Notes: generated from the letters alone by a model not told the origin. Numbered from the stretch's first letter, positions 1-12,368 are shown. The stretch: 64,000 nucleotides of DNA from Chiloscyllium plagiosum (GCF_004010195.1 NC_057718.1:90568376-90632375); one strand, 5' to 3'. Program-made: numbers and translations.

Positions 1-133
1 AACATTTCCAGTCCTCCTTGGATAATCTTCCAAGGTTATTGTACAGTGCTGTGCAGTTTTCTTATCTGAATGTAAGCCTGTAGGAAAGAGGCATACCCTG
101 TAGTGTCCACTGTGTGGGATTGACCCCAATTCT

Positions 134-135
<2 letters not shown>

Positions 136-175
<40 letters not shown>

Positions 176-470
176 GGCATGTGTGTCCGCGCGCACATGT
201 GTGTTTGTATATCTGTGTGTGCACGCGTGTGTGTTTGTATATATCTGTGTGTTTGTATATCTGTGTATGTGCGTGTGTGTGTGTATATCTGTGTGTGTGT
301 ATCCGTGTATGTGTGTACGTGTATACCTGTGCTCGCGTGTGTGTATCTGTGTGTGCATGCACGCACATGTGTGTTTGTATATCTGTGTGTGTGTGCATGC
401 GCGTGCGTGCATGTTTGTATATCTATGTGCGTGTATGCGTGTGTGTTTGTATATCAGTGTGTTTGTGTGT
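136..470. repeat. (TG)n microsatellite grading into a degenerate TG/TA-rich minisatellite
   Basis: Pure (TG)n at 136-174, then recurrent units such as gtgtttgtatatctgtgt; explains the HT/CV-rich ORFs. Confidence 0.95.
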
Positions 471-1189
471 AAAACTGAGGGCTGCACTGTCAGATCCCAG
501 CTTGGTGTTGTTGCCTCATTTGCAGTCTAATGGGTGTCTCACTGTTTTTGAATGACAGAAACACATGGAATCTTTTGAAGGTGTGAGACTACAGAGCTGT
601 GGTTTAGCTGGAAGCACGCATTCCAAAAAAAATCACTGCTTCCCCCTGGATAATTCCTTTGCTGACCCCTAAACTGCTTACTGCAGGCAAAAGTCATACA
701 GTGTTCAAGTTCTCCTGACTGGAGACGAAAAGTAATTCCTAAGAGATGAAGTAGCTCTTAATCTGGTTGAATGTGAATATTAAAGCTTTCCATGGTCTGC
801 ACAGTCTCTCCGTTACTCCCTTCCTGATGTTTCTTAATTCCTATTCCAATAGAAGCCAAACACTGCAAATGCTGGAAATCTGAATAAAACTCATATTTGA
901 CTTGAAACGTTAACCCTTTCCATAACATTAACTCTCTCCATAAATGTTGCCAGACTTGCTGAGTTTCTCCAACACTTCCTGCATTTCTCTTAAAACCCAC
1001 CTCTTTGACCAACCTGCCCTAAAGTCTTTATTTTTGGTTTGGTCATTTTTTTTGTCAAATAATGCTCTTATGAAGCCTCTTGGGATGTTGAATTTGTTAA
1101 AGGCGTTTTTATAAATGCAAGACATTTGGTCTAATTCAGATTAGCGGTGAGCTTATTCTTCCTCCTAAGCCACGGTGTTGATGGTTTCC

Positions 1190-1298
1190 TAACTGACCTG
1201 CTCAGGTGAGGCATCACACACCTCTGGAGCAGTGGGTCTTGAAGCTAGACCTCCTTGTTCAGAGGTTATAGACACTACCACTGCACCATGAGGAGCCC
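1190..1298 (-). mobile_element. Old tRNA-derived SINE head (non-HE1 family)
   Basis: Minus strand tggtgcagtggtagtgtc...gcttcaagacccactgctccagaggtgtg with A/B-box-like motifs; related copies near 2020-2130, 26650-26755, 30575-30695, 31095-31205, 43710-43822, 54090-54200, 54810-54925. Confidence 0.65.
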
Positions 1299-1397
1299 TG
1301 AGGAGGTCAGGTGTCCGGTATCATCACGCATTGCCAGCACTCCTGTCTGATCATCCACAGCCCAGTACGTAGCAAGCACACAACTTCCTCTGAGCAA

Positions 1398-1942
1398 AAT
1401 AAAAACTGAAAAAGCTGCGGATACGGACCAACGTCTCTGTCCCGGGCTTGCTGCAGTGCTCCAGGGAAGCTCAGTGCAAAAACTGGAAGAACAACACCTC
1501 ATTTTCCACTTGGGAATCCTTCTGGACTCAATATCGAGTTCAACAGTTTTGGGCTTGAGGTTCCCATGTCCTTACCCCAACCCTCCCACACCAGGACATG
1601 TTATCACATAGTCTGCTATTACAGACAACCCATTGTCAGCCACCAACAATCCCCATTAACAGCTATCCACCCTCCTAGTCAGATTGCTATCCATTTCTTT
1701 GTCTATCCAACTGTCATTGTTTTTCCTTGGGCCCTATGTTCGCCTATCATTTACCCCTGATCTCCGTCTCTCTCTTTCTCTCTCTCCTGCATACCCACCC
1801 TCTTTCTTCTGCATAAAAACCAACAATTTCCTCACCACCACTGGTTCTGAGCGAGGGTCTCCAGACCTGAAACATTAACTCAGATTTCTCTCCACGAGAC
1901 GCTGCCAGAGCTGCTGAGATTTTCCAGCAGCTTCTGTTTTTG
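1398..1942 (+). mobile_element. Penelope-like element 3' fragment (end of GIY-YIG region plus terminal repeat, decayed family D hammerhead)
   Basis: Encodes KLEEQHLIFHLG..GLNIEF-like C-terminus; decayed hammerhead ggttctgagcgagggtctccagacctgaaacattaact at ~1842-1880; 11-bp TSD cctctgagcaa at 1387-1397 and 1943-1953. Confidence 0.8.
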
Positions 1943-2639
1943 CCTCTGAGCAAGGTTGAGTCACACGCCGATGAGATGCAAGCTCTTGAATCACCCTCGT
2001 CTCTCATCCACCTTGAGAGTGCTTCTGGCAAGTGGTCGAGTCCTTCTCCCTGAGCTAGAGGATTTGGGTTCAAGTCCGACCTGTTCCAGAGGTGTATGTC
2101 CTAACATCCCTGAAATGGCTTGATTAAAAATATCTGTCATCAGGCTTGCAAGGCTGGTGTGTGAATATGTGCCCAGTAATATGAGTTCTCGAAATAACTC
2201 GTCGAGTAAGGTTTGTGAAGAATAAAGCACGACGTGAAAAGGCAGATCTTTTTATTTTGCGATTTTCTAATTTATACCTACAATCGGTGATGCTTGATTT
2301 TTTATTTCTTTATTTTTAATAAGGCTACCCCCCCCCAAAGAAAACTTATACTGAAGACTCTGTACCTATGTACCTCCTACCTAGGATGGCGCTGTAAATG
2401 GCGACTTGTAAATTTTTCTCTGTACTCAGTTCAGTACATGTGACAATAAAGCCAGTTTTAAATGCCAACATTTGGCTGATTCTAGGGTAACAATCTATTC
2501 ATACTGGATGTTTAAATCAGAAGCCCTGTCTCTTTTTGATTTGACCTAAAGTCTTTGTGTCCTTTCTCTTTCGATACCTCTCAATTCTTTCCCTCCTGAA
2601 ATATGTCTGCTTTTCTCTGAATAACCTTTTGGAAATTTC

Positions 2640-3265
2640 ATAGAATCCCCGCAGTGTGGAAACAGGCCATTTGGCCCAGCAAGTCCACACTGACTCTCCG
2701 AAGAGCAACCCACCCAGATCCGAACCACTATCCTAACTGATGCACCGAACTTACACATCTTTGGACCCTATGGGCAATTTAGCATGGCCAATTCACCTAA
2801 CCTGTGCATCTTTGGATTGATGTGGAGGAGCTGGTGTTGGATTGGGGTGGACAAAATTAAAAATCACACGACACCAGATTATCATCCCAACAGGTTTATT
2901 TGGAAGCACTAGCTTTCGGAGCACTGCTCCTTCATCATAACCACCTGATGTCTGATGCTTCCAAATAAATCTATTGGACTATAATCTGGTGTCGTGTGAT
3001 TTTTAACTTTGTCCACCCCAGTCCAACACTAGCTCCTCCACATCAGTCCTAAGATGCGCAGGTTGGGTGAATTGGCCATGCTAAATTGCCCAACCTGGTG
3101 TTGTGTAATTTTTAACTCAGCCCATCTTTGGATTGTGGCAGGAAACCAGAGCACCTGGAGGAAACCCACGCAGACCTGGGGAAAATGTGTGAACTCCACA
3201 CAGACAGTTGCCCAAGGCTGGAATCGAATCCGGGTCCCTGGTACTGTGAGGCAGCAGCGCTAACC
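2640..3265 (-). mobile_element. HE1-type SINE interrupted by an inverted PLE terminal-repeat insertion
   Basis: HE1 hallmarks (gtgtggaaacaggcc tail, gggcaatttagcatggccaattcacctaacctg body, tRNA-like head); insertion at 2820-3122. Confidence 0.9.
2820..3122. mobile_element. PLE-derived inverted-pair insertion (hammerhead family B)
   Basis: Arms tgatgtggaggagctggtgttgg... and ...ccaacactagctcctccacatca are reverse complements; 13-bp TSD catctttggattg at 2807-2819 and 3123-3135. Confidence 0.85.
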
Positions 3266-3451
3266 CTCCCATTTAAAGCACAACATAGATCAAATCTGTT
3301 GTCTCATTTGATTGTTTTAAAAATTCTGCATTATTTGGAGAACTCTGAACTGAGCACCGAAGGAAGTCTGCACATGTCCAATATGTGTCTTGGAATCACT
3401 ACTATGCAAATTCACTGGATTGGTTCCTGGGACTGAGGGCCAAAATTAAAA

Positions 3452-3533
3452 TGGGGCTGGAAAAGCATAGCAGGTCAGGCAGCGTCCGAGGAGCAGGAAA
3501 ATCGACATTTCGGGCAAAAGTCCTTCATCAGGT
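3452..3533 (-). mobile_element. PLE terminal-repeat fragment (hammerhead family A, decayed)
   Basis: Reverse complement reads cctgatgaaggacttttgcccgaaatgtcgattttcctgctcctcgg. Confidence 0.8.
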
Positions 3534-4185
3534 CCAGTGAGATACTCATGTCCCCAGATATAGTAGGACTACAACCAATTGAGCAATTCTGCGCATCATT
3601 CTATCCTGTTTACACTGAGGGTGGGGTTGTGAATACTGGATGTTGGCTTCAGACTCAAAGCAGCCTCCAAAGTTATGAACGTGACTGTCTGATTACCATG
3701 TCAGTCTTGCACATTGGAGTAATTCACAGACTAGTCGAAGACATTGTGGAGCTAGTTACAAATCCTGCCCAATCATTGGAAAGTTTCCTAAAAGCACATT
3801 TGCTGGCTTGGAGTGCAGTGGAAAAACTGGAAGTGCAGGAATGCACTGCCACTGAGGGGAAAATTATCTGGATCACTGGGCCATGCAATGAAATCATTCC
3901 AAAGCAACTGCCTGGTTTTGGAGCTTGGAAAATAAATGAGAAGATGCATTGTGCCGCTTTGTTTACTAGTTGCTGTGCTAACCTCTGAATCTACCTGGAG
4001 CAATTTTCCATCTCCATATTGTTCCTCTGTTTGGCAGCCTGAGCAAGGAGTTGACGTGTGCTGTGTGCACTTCTCTGGCTGTTTATTTGAAAGAGTCAAC
4101 AACAACACCCTGTGCTTACGTAGCACCTTTTAGTGTCAGAGAACAACCCGGAGTGTTCCACGGGAGTGTTATGAAGCAAACTAAG

Positions 4186-4455
4186 GGTGGCACGGTCGCT
4201 CAGTGGTTAGCACTGTTGCCTCACAGTGCCAGGGACCCAGGTTCGATTCCACCCTCTGGCAACCATCTGTGTGGAGTTTGCTCATTCTCCCCGTGTCTGT
4301 GTGGGTTTCCTCTGGGTGTTCCCAGAGTCCAAAGATGTGCAGGCTAGGTGGGAAATGTGGGGTTACCGGGATATGGTGGATCTTGATGGGATGCTCTTTG
4401 GAGGGTCAGTCTGGACTCAATGGGCTGAATAGCCTGCTTCCACACTGTCGAGATC
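4186..4455 (+). mobile_element. HE1-type SINE
   Basis: ggtggcacggtcgctcagtggttagcact A-box, ggttcgattcc B-box, CR1-like tail. Confidence 0.9.
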
Positions 4456-4554
4456 CTAGCTTTGTATTCTAGAGCTAAAATGTGATGCCAAGGCATCATA
4501 CGGTGATATTGGGATAGACGGTTACCGTTTATCAAGGTTTTAAGTAGCATCTTG

Positions 4555-4858
4555 GGGTGGCACGGTGGCTCAGTGGTTAGCACTACTGCCTCAAGGCGCC
4601 AGGGACCTGGGTTCGATTCCAGCCTCAGGCAACTGTCTGTGTGGAGTTTGCATGTTCTCACCGTGTCTGTGTGGGTTTCCTCTGAGTGCTCCGGTTTCCA
4701 CTCACAGTCCAAAGATGTGCAGGTCAGGTGGATTGGCCAGGTTAAATTGCCCACAGTGTTAGGTGGAATAGTCAGAGGGAAATGGGTCTGGATGGGTTAT
4801 CCTTTGGAGGGTCAGGGTGGACTTGTTTGGCTGAAGGGCCTGTTTCCACACTGTAGGG
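4555..4858 (+). mobile_element. HE1-type SINE
   Basis: Full head, body and cctgtttccacactgtaggg tail. Confidence 0.92.
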
Positions 4859-4869
4859 GAAAGATAATC

Positions 4870-5470
4870 TAACCTTGAAGGAAGAGTAAGAAGTGACAGA
4901 GTTCACAGGGGAGGGGGGAGGATCACCAGAGATTGACGCCTTGACATCTAAAGGCATGGTTGCCGACGGTGAAGCAATTAAATCGGAAATGCTCAAGAGG
5001 CCAGAACAAGATGAGTACAGTGACCTCAAATGGATTTGGGATTGAAAGTTACAGAGAGAGGGAGGGCCGAGGTCAAAGGGGAATCGGTAACAGAGGGTTG
5101 AGAATCTTCAAAAATAAGGCTTTGTCTCTTACAGGAGCTGGCTCAGGTCAGTGGGAACGGTGCTTGGTGTGAGCTGGAACATGAGCGGCAGGAGGATCTC
5201 AAGATTGTGGAGCATGGAATGTGGGAGGTCAGCCTGAAGGTCATTGGGGTAGTCAAGTCTAGAGATAACAAGAGTGTCAGTACCAAATGAACTGAGATTG
5301 GGGGTGGGCGGGGGGAGAAAGGGGATCGAAACTGAACAATGTTACAGAGGTTCAGACCCCTCATCTCGGGATCAAACATGACACCAAGTTTACAAAGTGT
5401 CAGACCATTACCAGAGACAGGGATGGAGTTGGTAACTAGAGAATGGTAGTGGCGATCAAAGATAATCTCT
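4870..5470 (-). mobile_element. Decayed L2-clade LINE 3' fragment
   Basis: Minus-strand KLGVMFDPEM and tctagacttgactac (SRLDY), typical of the post-RT region of L2. Confidence 0.65.
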
Positions 5471-5860
5471 TTATATCTGCCCATGATTGATTTGGCGGGG
5501 TGGGGTGGGGACCGGGAGGATATCAGTGATGTGAGAGCAGGCATAGAAACAACTGCAAGTGATAATGTGTCTGCCATTTGATGGATAAGAATGAAACCAG
5601 AAGAAAGCTGCTGGAACACAGTGAGAAGGTATTGTCAGAGGATGGTACCATGTCAGAAACATCCCCAAACAAGAGAGGATCCATAAAGAAGGAGCTGAAA
5701 GTCGCCCATGGCAAACGCCTGACTTTGAAATGTGTCTCAAGGGACAGGGCTCCCTTTGGGAGTGCAGCCTTTCATAGTGTCTCCTCTTTGTCTGCCAAAG
5801 AAACTACATTCTTGCATCCAATTAACCTGAAGGCTCTTGCACAGGGAGTCTGCAATAGCT

Positions 5861-6240
5861 GCAGGGCAGAGGAAATGACCTGGGAGTTGCAGCGGGAGAG
5901 GAACTCCCTGAGATTCTTGTAGAGAGAGGAGGAAAACTTCTTCAAGGCAGGCATCCTTCCAAGAGGATTTGCTGTAGGGTTAAAATCAACGAGGTAAAAA
6001 CAATGACTGTAGATGCTTGAAACCAGAGTCTAGATTAGAGTGGTGCTACTTTCTCCCCACCCCCACCCTCCTCTCTTTTATCTCTCCACCCTTCAGGCAT
6101 TCTGCCTGTATTCCTGATGAAGGGCTTTTGCCCGAAACGTCGATTTTACTGCTCCTCAGATGCTGCTTGAACTGCTATGCTTTTCCAGCACCACTAATCC
6201 AGAATCTGGTTTCCAGCATCTGCAGTCATTGTTTTTACCT
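5861..6240. mobile_element. PLE insertion: inverted terminal repeat plus ORF start (minus) joined to a sense terminal repeat with hammerhead
   Basis: 5990-6048 is the reverse complement of 6187-6240; minus arm runs into ATG MPALKKFSSSLYKNLRE; 14-bp TSD agt(c/t)tgcaatagct at 5847-5860 and 6241-6254. Confidence 0.85.
6110..6145 (+). ncRNA. Minimal type I hammerhead ribozyme motif (family A), intact core
   Basis: TC-CTGATGA-A-GGGC tttt GCCC-GAAA-CGTC-GA: conserved core, stem II hairpin, ACGT palindromic stem III, GUC cleavage triplet. Activity untested. Confidence 0.8.
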
Positions 6241-6689
6241 AGTTTGCAATAGCTCCTCATGGAAATCTCCTCTCAGTTCTGGTGTCGCGCTGACCCTGTG
6301 TGATTGAGGCCTGGGGTTGGATCTCTCCACTATCTCCTGGACCTTGACGTTGGAATCAATTGGCAGCACACTCAGGACAAATAACTCCGAATTGCTGGAT
6401 ATCAGATACTGTGGAGGCTAGATATCTGAACTGGAAATAGAACACATGGAAACACACTCAGGCAGTGTGCGTGGGGAGAGAGAGAGAGAAAAAAACAAAT
6501 TAGCATTCTGGTTTAATGACTTTTCAATTTATCATCATCTTCTTCAATTATGTTCCTGTGCAAGTTTGATTGAGATGGCTGATCTTCACCATGGGTAGGC
6601 CAGAGTGGAAGAAAAAACTAATAATGCTTGGAAATGAACCCAGTGGAGTTCCATTTTGAGGTATACTAGACAGATTGGACCAGTATTCC

Positions 6690-7620
6690 AATAGGAGATC
6701 ATGGCCTAGTGGTATTATCATGGGACTGTCAATCCAGCTAACATGCAGCCAGCCCAGGATTGAATCTGACCAGTTAGATGGTGGGATTTGCATTCAATAA
6801 AAATCTGGAGTTAAGAATCTTACAACATGAAAACAGAAGCTTCAGTCTGTGCTGACCATAATCCTAAACTAGTCCCACTTACCTGCTCCTGATCCATATT
6901 ACTCCAAACCTTTCCTATTCATGTAATCATCTAAATGTCTTTTAAACATTGTAACTGTACCCGCATCCATCACTTCCTCGGGAAGTTCATTTCAGACACC
7001 AACCTCTCTCTGTGTGAAAAAAAGTGCCCCTCATGTCTTTTTAAAATCTTTCTCACCTCACCATAAAAATGCCCCCTAGTTTTGAAATCCCCCACCCTAG
7101 AGAAAACACACCCGCCATTCACCTTATCCATGCCCCTCATGATTTTATAAACGTCTACCAGGTCACCCCTCAACCTCCTACACTGCAGGAAAAAAAATCC
7201 CACCCTATCCAGACTCTCCTTATAACTCCAGCCCTCCATTTCCAGCAACATCCTGGTAAATCTCTTTTGCAGTCTCTCCAGTTTAGTAGCATCCTTCCTA
7301 TTACAGGGCAAGAACTGGACATAGTACTCCACAGGAGGCCTCACCAACAGCCTCAATATAATGCCCCATATTATGTTTGAGTATAAAATGTTCATCTAAC
7401 GATGACCTTGAATCCATGGTGAAATGTTGGAAAAACCCATCTGGTTCACTAATGTCCTTTAGGGAAGGAAACTGCCATCCTTACCCGGTCTGGTCTACAT
7501 GTGACTCCAGACCCACAGCGATGTGGTTGCCTCTTACCTGCCTGCTGGGCAATTAGGGATGGGCAAAAAATGCTGGCCTAGTCAGCGATGGCCTCATCCT
7601 GTGAATGAATAAACAAGAAA
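6690..7620 (+). mobile_element. tRNA-derived SINE (second family) split by a CR1 insertion
   Basis: Head ggcctagtggtattatc...; body resumes ~7392 with cccatctggttcactaatgtcctttagggaagg and a gaatgaataaa tail; relatives at ~35040-35400, 54570-56270, 63185-63760. Confidence 0.7.
6817..7365 (-). mobile_element. CR1/HER1-type LINE 3' fragment
   Basis: Minus ORF LVRPPVEYYVQF..LERLQKRFTRM..RRLRGDLVDVYKIMRG. Confidence 0.92.
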
Positions 7621-8484
7621 AGTATTCATTGTTCACAAATTTCGGTCTGGTGGAAGATCAAGGAGACAGGCTGTGAAACTGTACTAGCTGGGCAAGGATT
7701 GATCCCTACACTTGGCACCAGCCTGGCACACACTGGCCACCTAGCTAAGTGGTCTCCCCAACCAATAAAGACTTTTACAAGCATGCTGTAGCCTTGGAGC
7801 TAGGGATAGAGATGGTGGGGAGTTGACCCAGAAATCTCCTCTGCCCTTACTGCCTGTCATTGAATAAGTTGGAAGGATTAGCAAGCTGATGAACTCTTGC
7901 CCCCATAACATGTACACTTTCCTGGAGTGGGGCTTGATCCTCGTATTCCTGGCTCAGAGGCAGAACGCTACGCAGTGTATTGCGATGCCTCCTTCTGCCC
8001 ATTATAAAGAAATTATAATGTCTCTCTTCCCAATTTCTAACCTGCCAATTTCGAGAAATAAAATGTAAAAATGTGCGAATGCCTTCAGAAACATTGGTAG
8101 CTCTAAACTGAACCAGTTGGTTTATGAACAAACTGTATGTAGATTCAGTGTTTTGGGGATAGTGTAGCATATTTTTTGATGTGAAAATCTAAAGCCAACT
8201 CATGCGCTAACAAGTAGATACACAGAGTGCAGTCTAATGAGGAACTTATCCTAACTTCTAAGTTGAACGCATGTCCCATCAAGTGATTTATTGGTAAAAA
8301 TCTAAAATATACGACAATGCTTTTTATGCTGATGTGTTGCGGCATTTCCCATGGTGAATTGGAAAGCTGAGTTATTTCCACAGGGCATGAGGAGGTTCTG
8401 TGGACATTTCACCCCCTCTCCTGACAGTTTGAACATGTCACCCATTACTTTTCATTTAGAATCTATCATGTTTTTGCCTATTCA

Positions 8485-9036
8485 GATGAAATACTGCGTT
8501 CACTTCTGGTTTCCCTGCTATAGAGAAGATGTTGTTCAACTTGAAAGGGTTCAGAAAAGATTTACAATGCTGGTGCCAGGTTTGGAGGGTTTAAGCTATA
8601 GGGAGAGGCTGAACAGGCTGGGGCTGTTTTCCCTGGAGTGTCGGAGGCTGAGGGGTGACCTCATAGAGGTTTACAAAATCATGAGGGGCGTGGATAGGGC
8701 AAATAGGCAAGGTCTTTTCCCTGGGATTGGGGAGTCCAGAACTAGAGGGCATAGGCTTAGGATGAGAGGGGAAAGATATAAAAGGGACCTAAGGGGCAAC
8801 CTTTTCTTGCAGAGGGTGGTACGTGTATGGAATGAGCTACCAGAGGAAGTGGTGGAGGCTGGTACAATTACAAACATTTAACAGGCATCTGGATGGGTAT
8901 ATGAATAGGAAGGGTTATGAGGGATATGGGCCAAGTGCTGGCAAATGGGACTAGATTAATTTGGGATATTTGGTCAGCATGGACAAGTTGGACAGAAGGG
9001 TCTGTTTCTGTGCTGTACAGCAGTATGACTCTATGA
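8485..9036 (+). mobile_element. CR1/HER1-type LINE 3' fragment
   Basis: YCVHFWFP..LERVQKRFT..RRLRGDLIEVYKIMRG..RTRGH..FLQRVVRVWNELP; tail tatgactctatga. Confidence 0.95.
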
Positions 9037-9074
9037 AAGGTTTGACTTTCTGGATACATTACATACACTTTTAA

Positions 9075-9270
9075 ATAGAAAAGGGAAGAGATGCATTTAT
9101 ATAGCATTATTTGCAACTACCAGATGTCTCAAAGTGCTGTGCAGCCAATGCTTTTGAAATGTAGTCAATGTTGTAATACAGGGACTGAGGCAGCCAAATT
9201 GCACACAGCAAGACTCTACAAACAAAAAATGTGATAATGACCAGATAATGTGACATTTCTGATGTCAGAT
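9075..9270 (-). mobile_element. Old SINE with L2-like tail (Deu-domain/SacSINE-like)
   Basis: gcatttatatagc...gcagccaaattgcacacagcaag...gataatgaccagataat; related to 27940-28300, 45745-45980, 52340-52640. Confidence 0.55.
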
Positions 9271-9647
9271 ATAAAGAAAACAAAATAGTAACGCTTTGTA
9301 TTATTCAAAAAGTATCAGTGCGTACAGTGAATTACGCAGGCATGTCACACTGATGAGTGAGGTAATGGGTTATAAGCTTGCTTTTGGAATTTTATGGCAT
9401 TGTGACGGACGTGCACAACAACAACTCTCATTCTGTAGTGCCTTTCAAAAGAGTAAAAGATTCTACTGGGTGGCAATGATTTCACATTGAGCTAGTCAGT
9501 ATTAGATCAGAGGGCCAAATGTGCTTCTTAAAAGAAATTGGAAAGAGGTTTCGGGACAGAATTCCAGAGCTTAAGCAGCTGAAGGTGCAATCCCTGCTGG
9601 GGAACTAAGTGACATCTGAAATTATCACAGAGAATCTTGTGTAGCCA

Positions 9648-9848
9648 TGATGTGGAGGTGCTAGTGTTGGACTGGGGTGGATAAGGTCAGAAGTCACACG
9701 ACACCAGGTTATAGTCCAACTGGTTCATTTGAAATCACAGGCTTTCTGAAGGCCGCAGGGTCACCTGACAAAGGAGAAGGCTCCAAAAGCTTGTGATTTC
9801 AAATAAATCTGTTGGACTATAACCTGGTGTTGTGTGACTTCTGAGTCT
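9648..9848. mobile_element. PLE-derived inverted pair (family B, decayed hammerheads)
   Basis: aagtcacacgacaccaggttatagtccaac and gttggactataacctggtgttgtgtgactt are inverted arms around two decayed cores. Confidence 0.8.
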
Positions 9849-11559
9849 GTTTTTGTGTAAGGTCAGGCAGATGCTGAGGGCAGGCCTTTTATAGAATTTT
9901 ATCACAATATCAAGAAGGGATACCCAAGTACAGCTTGAGTTGATTCACTTTATTGAGTTACGTCACAAGGTAAATCTCAAGACTGAGCACAGGGGCATCT
10001 CAGTGGTTATATCGGACTGTAATCCAGCAGCTACCCCTCCATCAAAGGTCACCAGTCTCATTAATAAAAGCAAGTTCTGAGACAGGGTCAAAGTGCAAAA
10101 CTTTACAAATGTACCCCTCTCCTAAAGCTGTTTAAAAGAAAGTTAACAGAGCCATCAGCTGAAGGAGGTCCTGGATAATGTTGAGAAAGCAGACTGTGTA
10201 CAAACCAGTTGCATTTTTGAGGTCAGAAAGGGAACAACCCCCCCCAACCCCCCACCCCACCCCCCACTGCCAGTCTACCTGCCTGCCTCAATGGGAAGCC
10301 AGTGGGGATTTGCACCTTTCTAAGGCATTCTGGCCCGAGCACAGGCAACTTAAGTCATAATCTGATCTTTGTCAACAAGCTCTGACAAGCCCCAATTTCA
10401 AAACGCTGCTGTTTGGTTTGAAAAGCTGCGAGTTGGCTTTGTTGAAAGCCCCTTCAGTAGTGAGAAAGAAAACACGATGAGCTTTAGAATCGTTCCATCC
10501 AGCATGTATTATCCTGTATGAACTTGCACCCACCTCATACATATATCCAGGTTTATTCAACATCAATCCAAGTTTTCAAGACATTCTATTTTGTTGTTGG
10601 GTTGTGAATAGGCTGTTTAGTCTATCGATAAACAACCAAAATTAGTCGCTGCATCATTAGCATCTGCTAATTTACAACAGTGCCTCTCTGTGAAGTTTGG
10701 ACAGTAAACTTGAAAGTGCAGACTAATTCCTACTCTTCTATCCCCACATTTCATTTCCAAAATCGGTTATAAACTAAATGGTTCTTCTTTTATGTGTCAT
10801 CCAATCCATGATGATGGAGACGCCGAAACATTCTGTCGGTGAACAGTTTTTGATTTCAATAACTGCAATGGGCAGAGACTTAAAAATATGTCACCATGGT
10901 TCAGTCAGTGCCCAATTTGTTACTTAGGAGTGGAGATTCGCCAATTAAAGTGGGTCTACTCAGGTTAAGCTGCTGCTTACAGATCTGCTTGACAAACTAT
11001 TTTTATTTTACTATAAGATGAATGTAGTCCAAAACTGATCCTTAGTCCATTTTGTCTCGGATCGTCTTGAACAGTCCAAATATGGGCAATTGACCCTGGC
11101 TAGCAGTATGGAAAATTTCTGTGGTAGAATCCAGTTCAGTCGCCTGCGTTCTGTCACAGCTTTTTCCATCATTTTTTTTAAAGTCTTTCCTCATTCAGCT
11201 GCAGTCTTTTATGGAGAAATGGAAGAACAGATTAACTCCTGTTTGCTGAAATCATCATCTCTCGAAGCAAGAAGCGTAGGTGCTCTAGTTTCTGTGACAG
11301 TACTTTACCGCTGCTTTGATTGATGTTGAACACCAACTGGTCAGCAGACCTTGCTTCCTGTTTGCTTCATGTGACCAATTTATTGTCCCCTGGGAATCTT
11401 GCAGCAATTTTCCTGCATCTGGTCAGTTGCCTTTGACATTTTTACAGCTCTGTTATCAACACCGTCTCCAGCTTTGCCTTCTCTGAAGCAACTCTTATAT
11501 CTGTTGCGTTATTTCAGTCATTTGGTTTGTCTCAAGTGCCATCTTATTTTTGATCTTTC

Positions 11560-11732
11560 GTAATTACCTCTCTGCCTTAATTAATCGGATCGTAGGCCAT
11601 CCCCTCACTTGCCATTCAGCTGTTGACATTTCACATACACCGCTGAAGGGCTTATGCCCGAAACGTTGACTCTCCTGCTCCTCGGATGCTGCCTGACCTG
11701 CTGTGCTTTTCCAGCTCCACACGTTTCGACTT
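11560..11732 (+). mobile_element. PLE terminal-repeat fragment (family A, damaged core)
   Basis: ctgaagggcttatgcccgaaacgttgactctcctgctcctcggatgctgcctgacctgc; 3 nt deleted from the core. Confidence 0.75.
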
Positions 11733-11902
11733 TACTCACACAGAATGACACTTTTGATCACTTGCAAAAACTTGCTATTCCACCTCCCGACACTCAACTC
11801 ACACCATTTGTACGATCTTTTGACACTCTTAATTACTTGGAATTATCTTGCAGTTGTCTGTCCATCTACAAGTTCTGTGCCTGTGCGCTTCCCTCCACTG
11901 GA

Positions 11903-12368
11903 GAGATGGCTGGATGTATCACTACCTGGTGTGGCAACTGTACCATTCAAGGTCGGAGATGGTGACAGAGAGTGGTGGACTCGGCCCGGACAATCACGAA
12001 GGCCAACCTCCCATCTGTAGAATCCATCTCCCAGGCCCGCTGTCAACGAGAGGCTGCCAGCATTCTCAAAGATCCATCCCACCCTGGGCAATGCTTTTCT
12101 ACAACCTCTACCATCAAGGAGAAGATACAGAAGTCTGAACACACGCACCAGCCGGTTTTGTGACAGTTTCTACCCTATTGTTGTTAGAATACCGAATGGA
12201 CTCTCAAACTCTTAGCATTTGCCTGTACCTGTGTTTTTGTTTTTGCTGCTGTTTACCTATTATTTACTTCTTTATGCTACTTAACTCTGTGAGTGGCCTG
12301 TATTGCTCGCAAGACAAAACTTTTCACTGTGCCTCGGTACACATGACAATAAATTCAATTCAATTCAG
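11903..12368 (+). mobile_element. Rex1/Babar-clade LINE 3' fragment
   Basis: GCITTWCGNCT..., LPSVESI..RC.REAASILKDPSHPG; 3' end cactgtgcctcggtacacatgacaataaa followed by (ttcaa)n. Sits just upstream of a family B hammerhead at ~12377. Confidence 0.85.

Noticed and set aside
36..555. Six overlapping HT- or CV-rich ORFs
   Set aside because: Translation artefacts of a TG microsatellite.
4186..4260. tRNA-like A/B boxes at HE1 and other SINE heads
   Set aside because: No complete cloverleaf; each continues into a SINE body.
8351..8881. 176-aa ORF, and the 202-aa ORF at 51070-51678
   Set aside because: CR1 ORF2 C-terminal remnants, not host genes.
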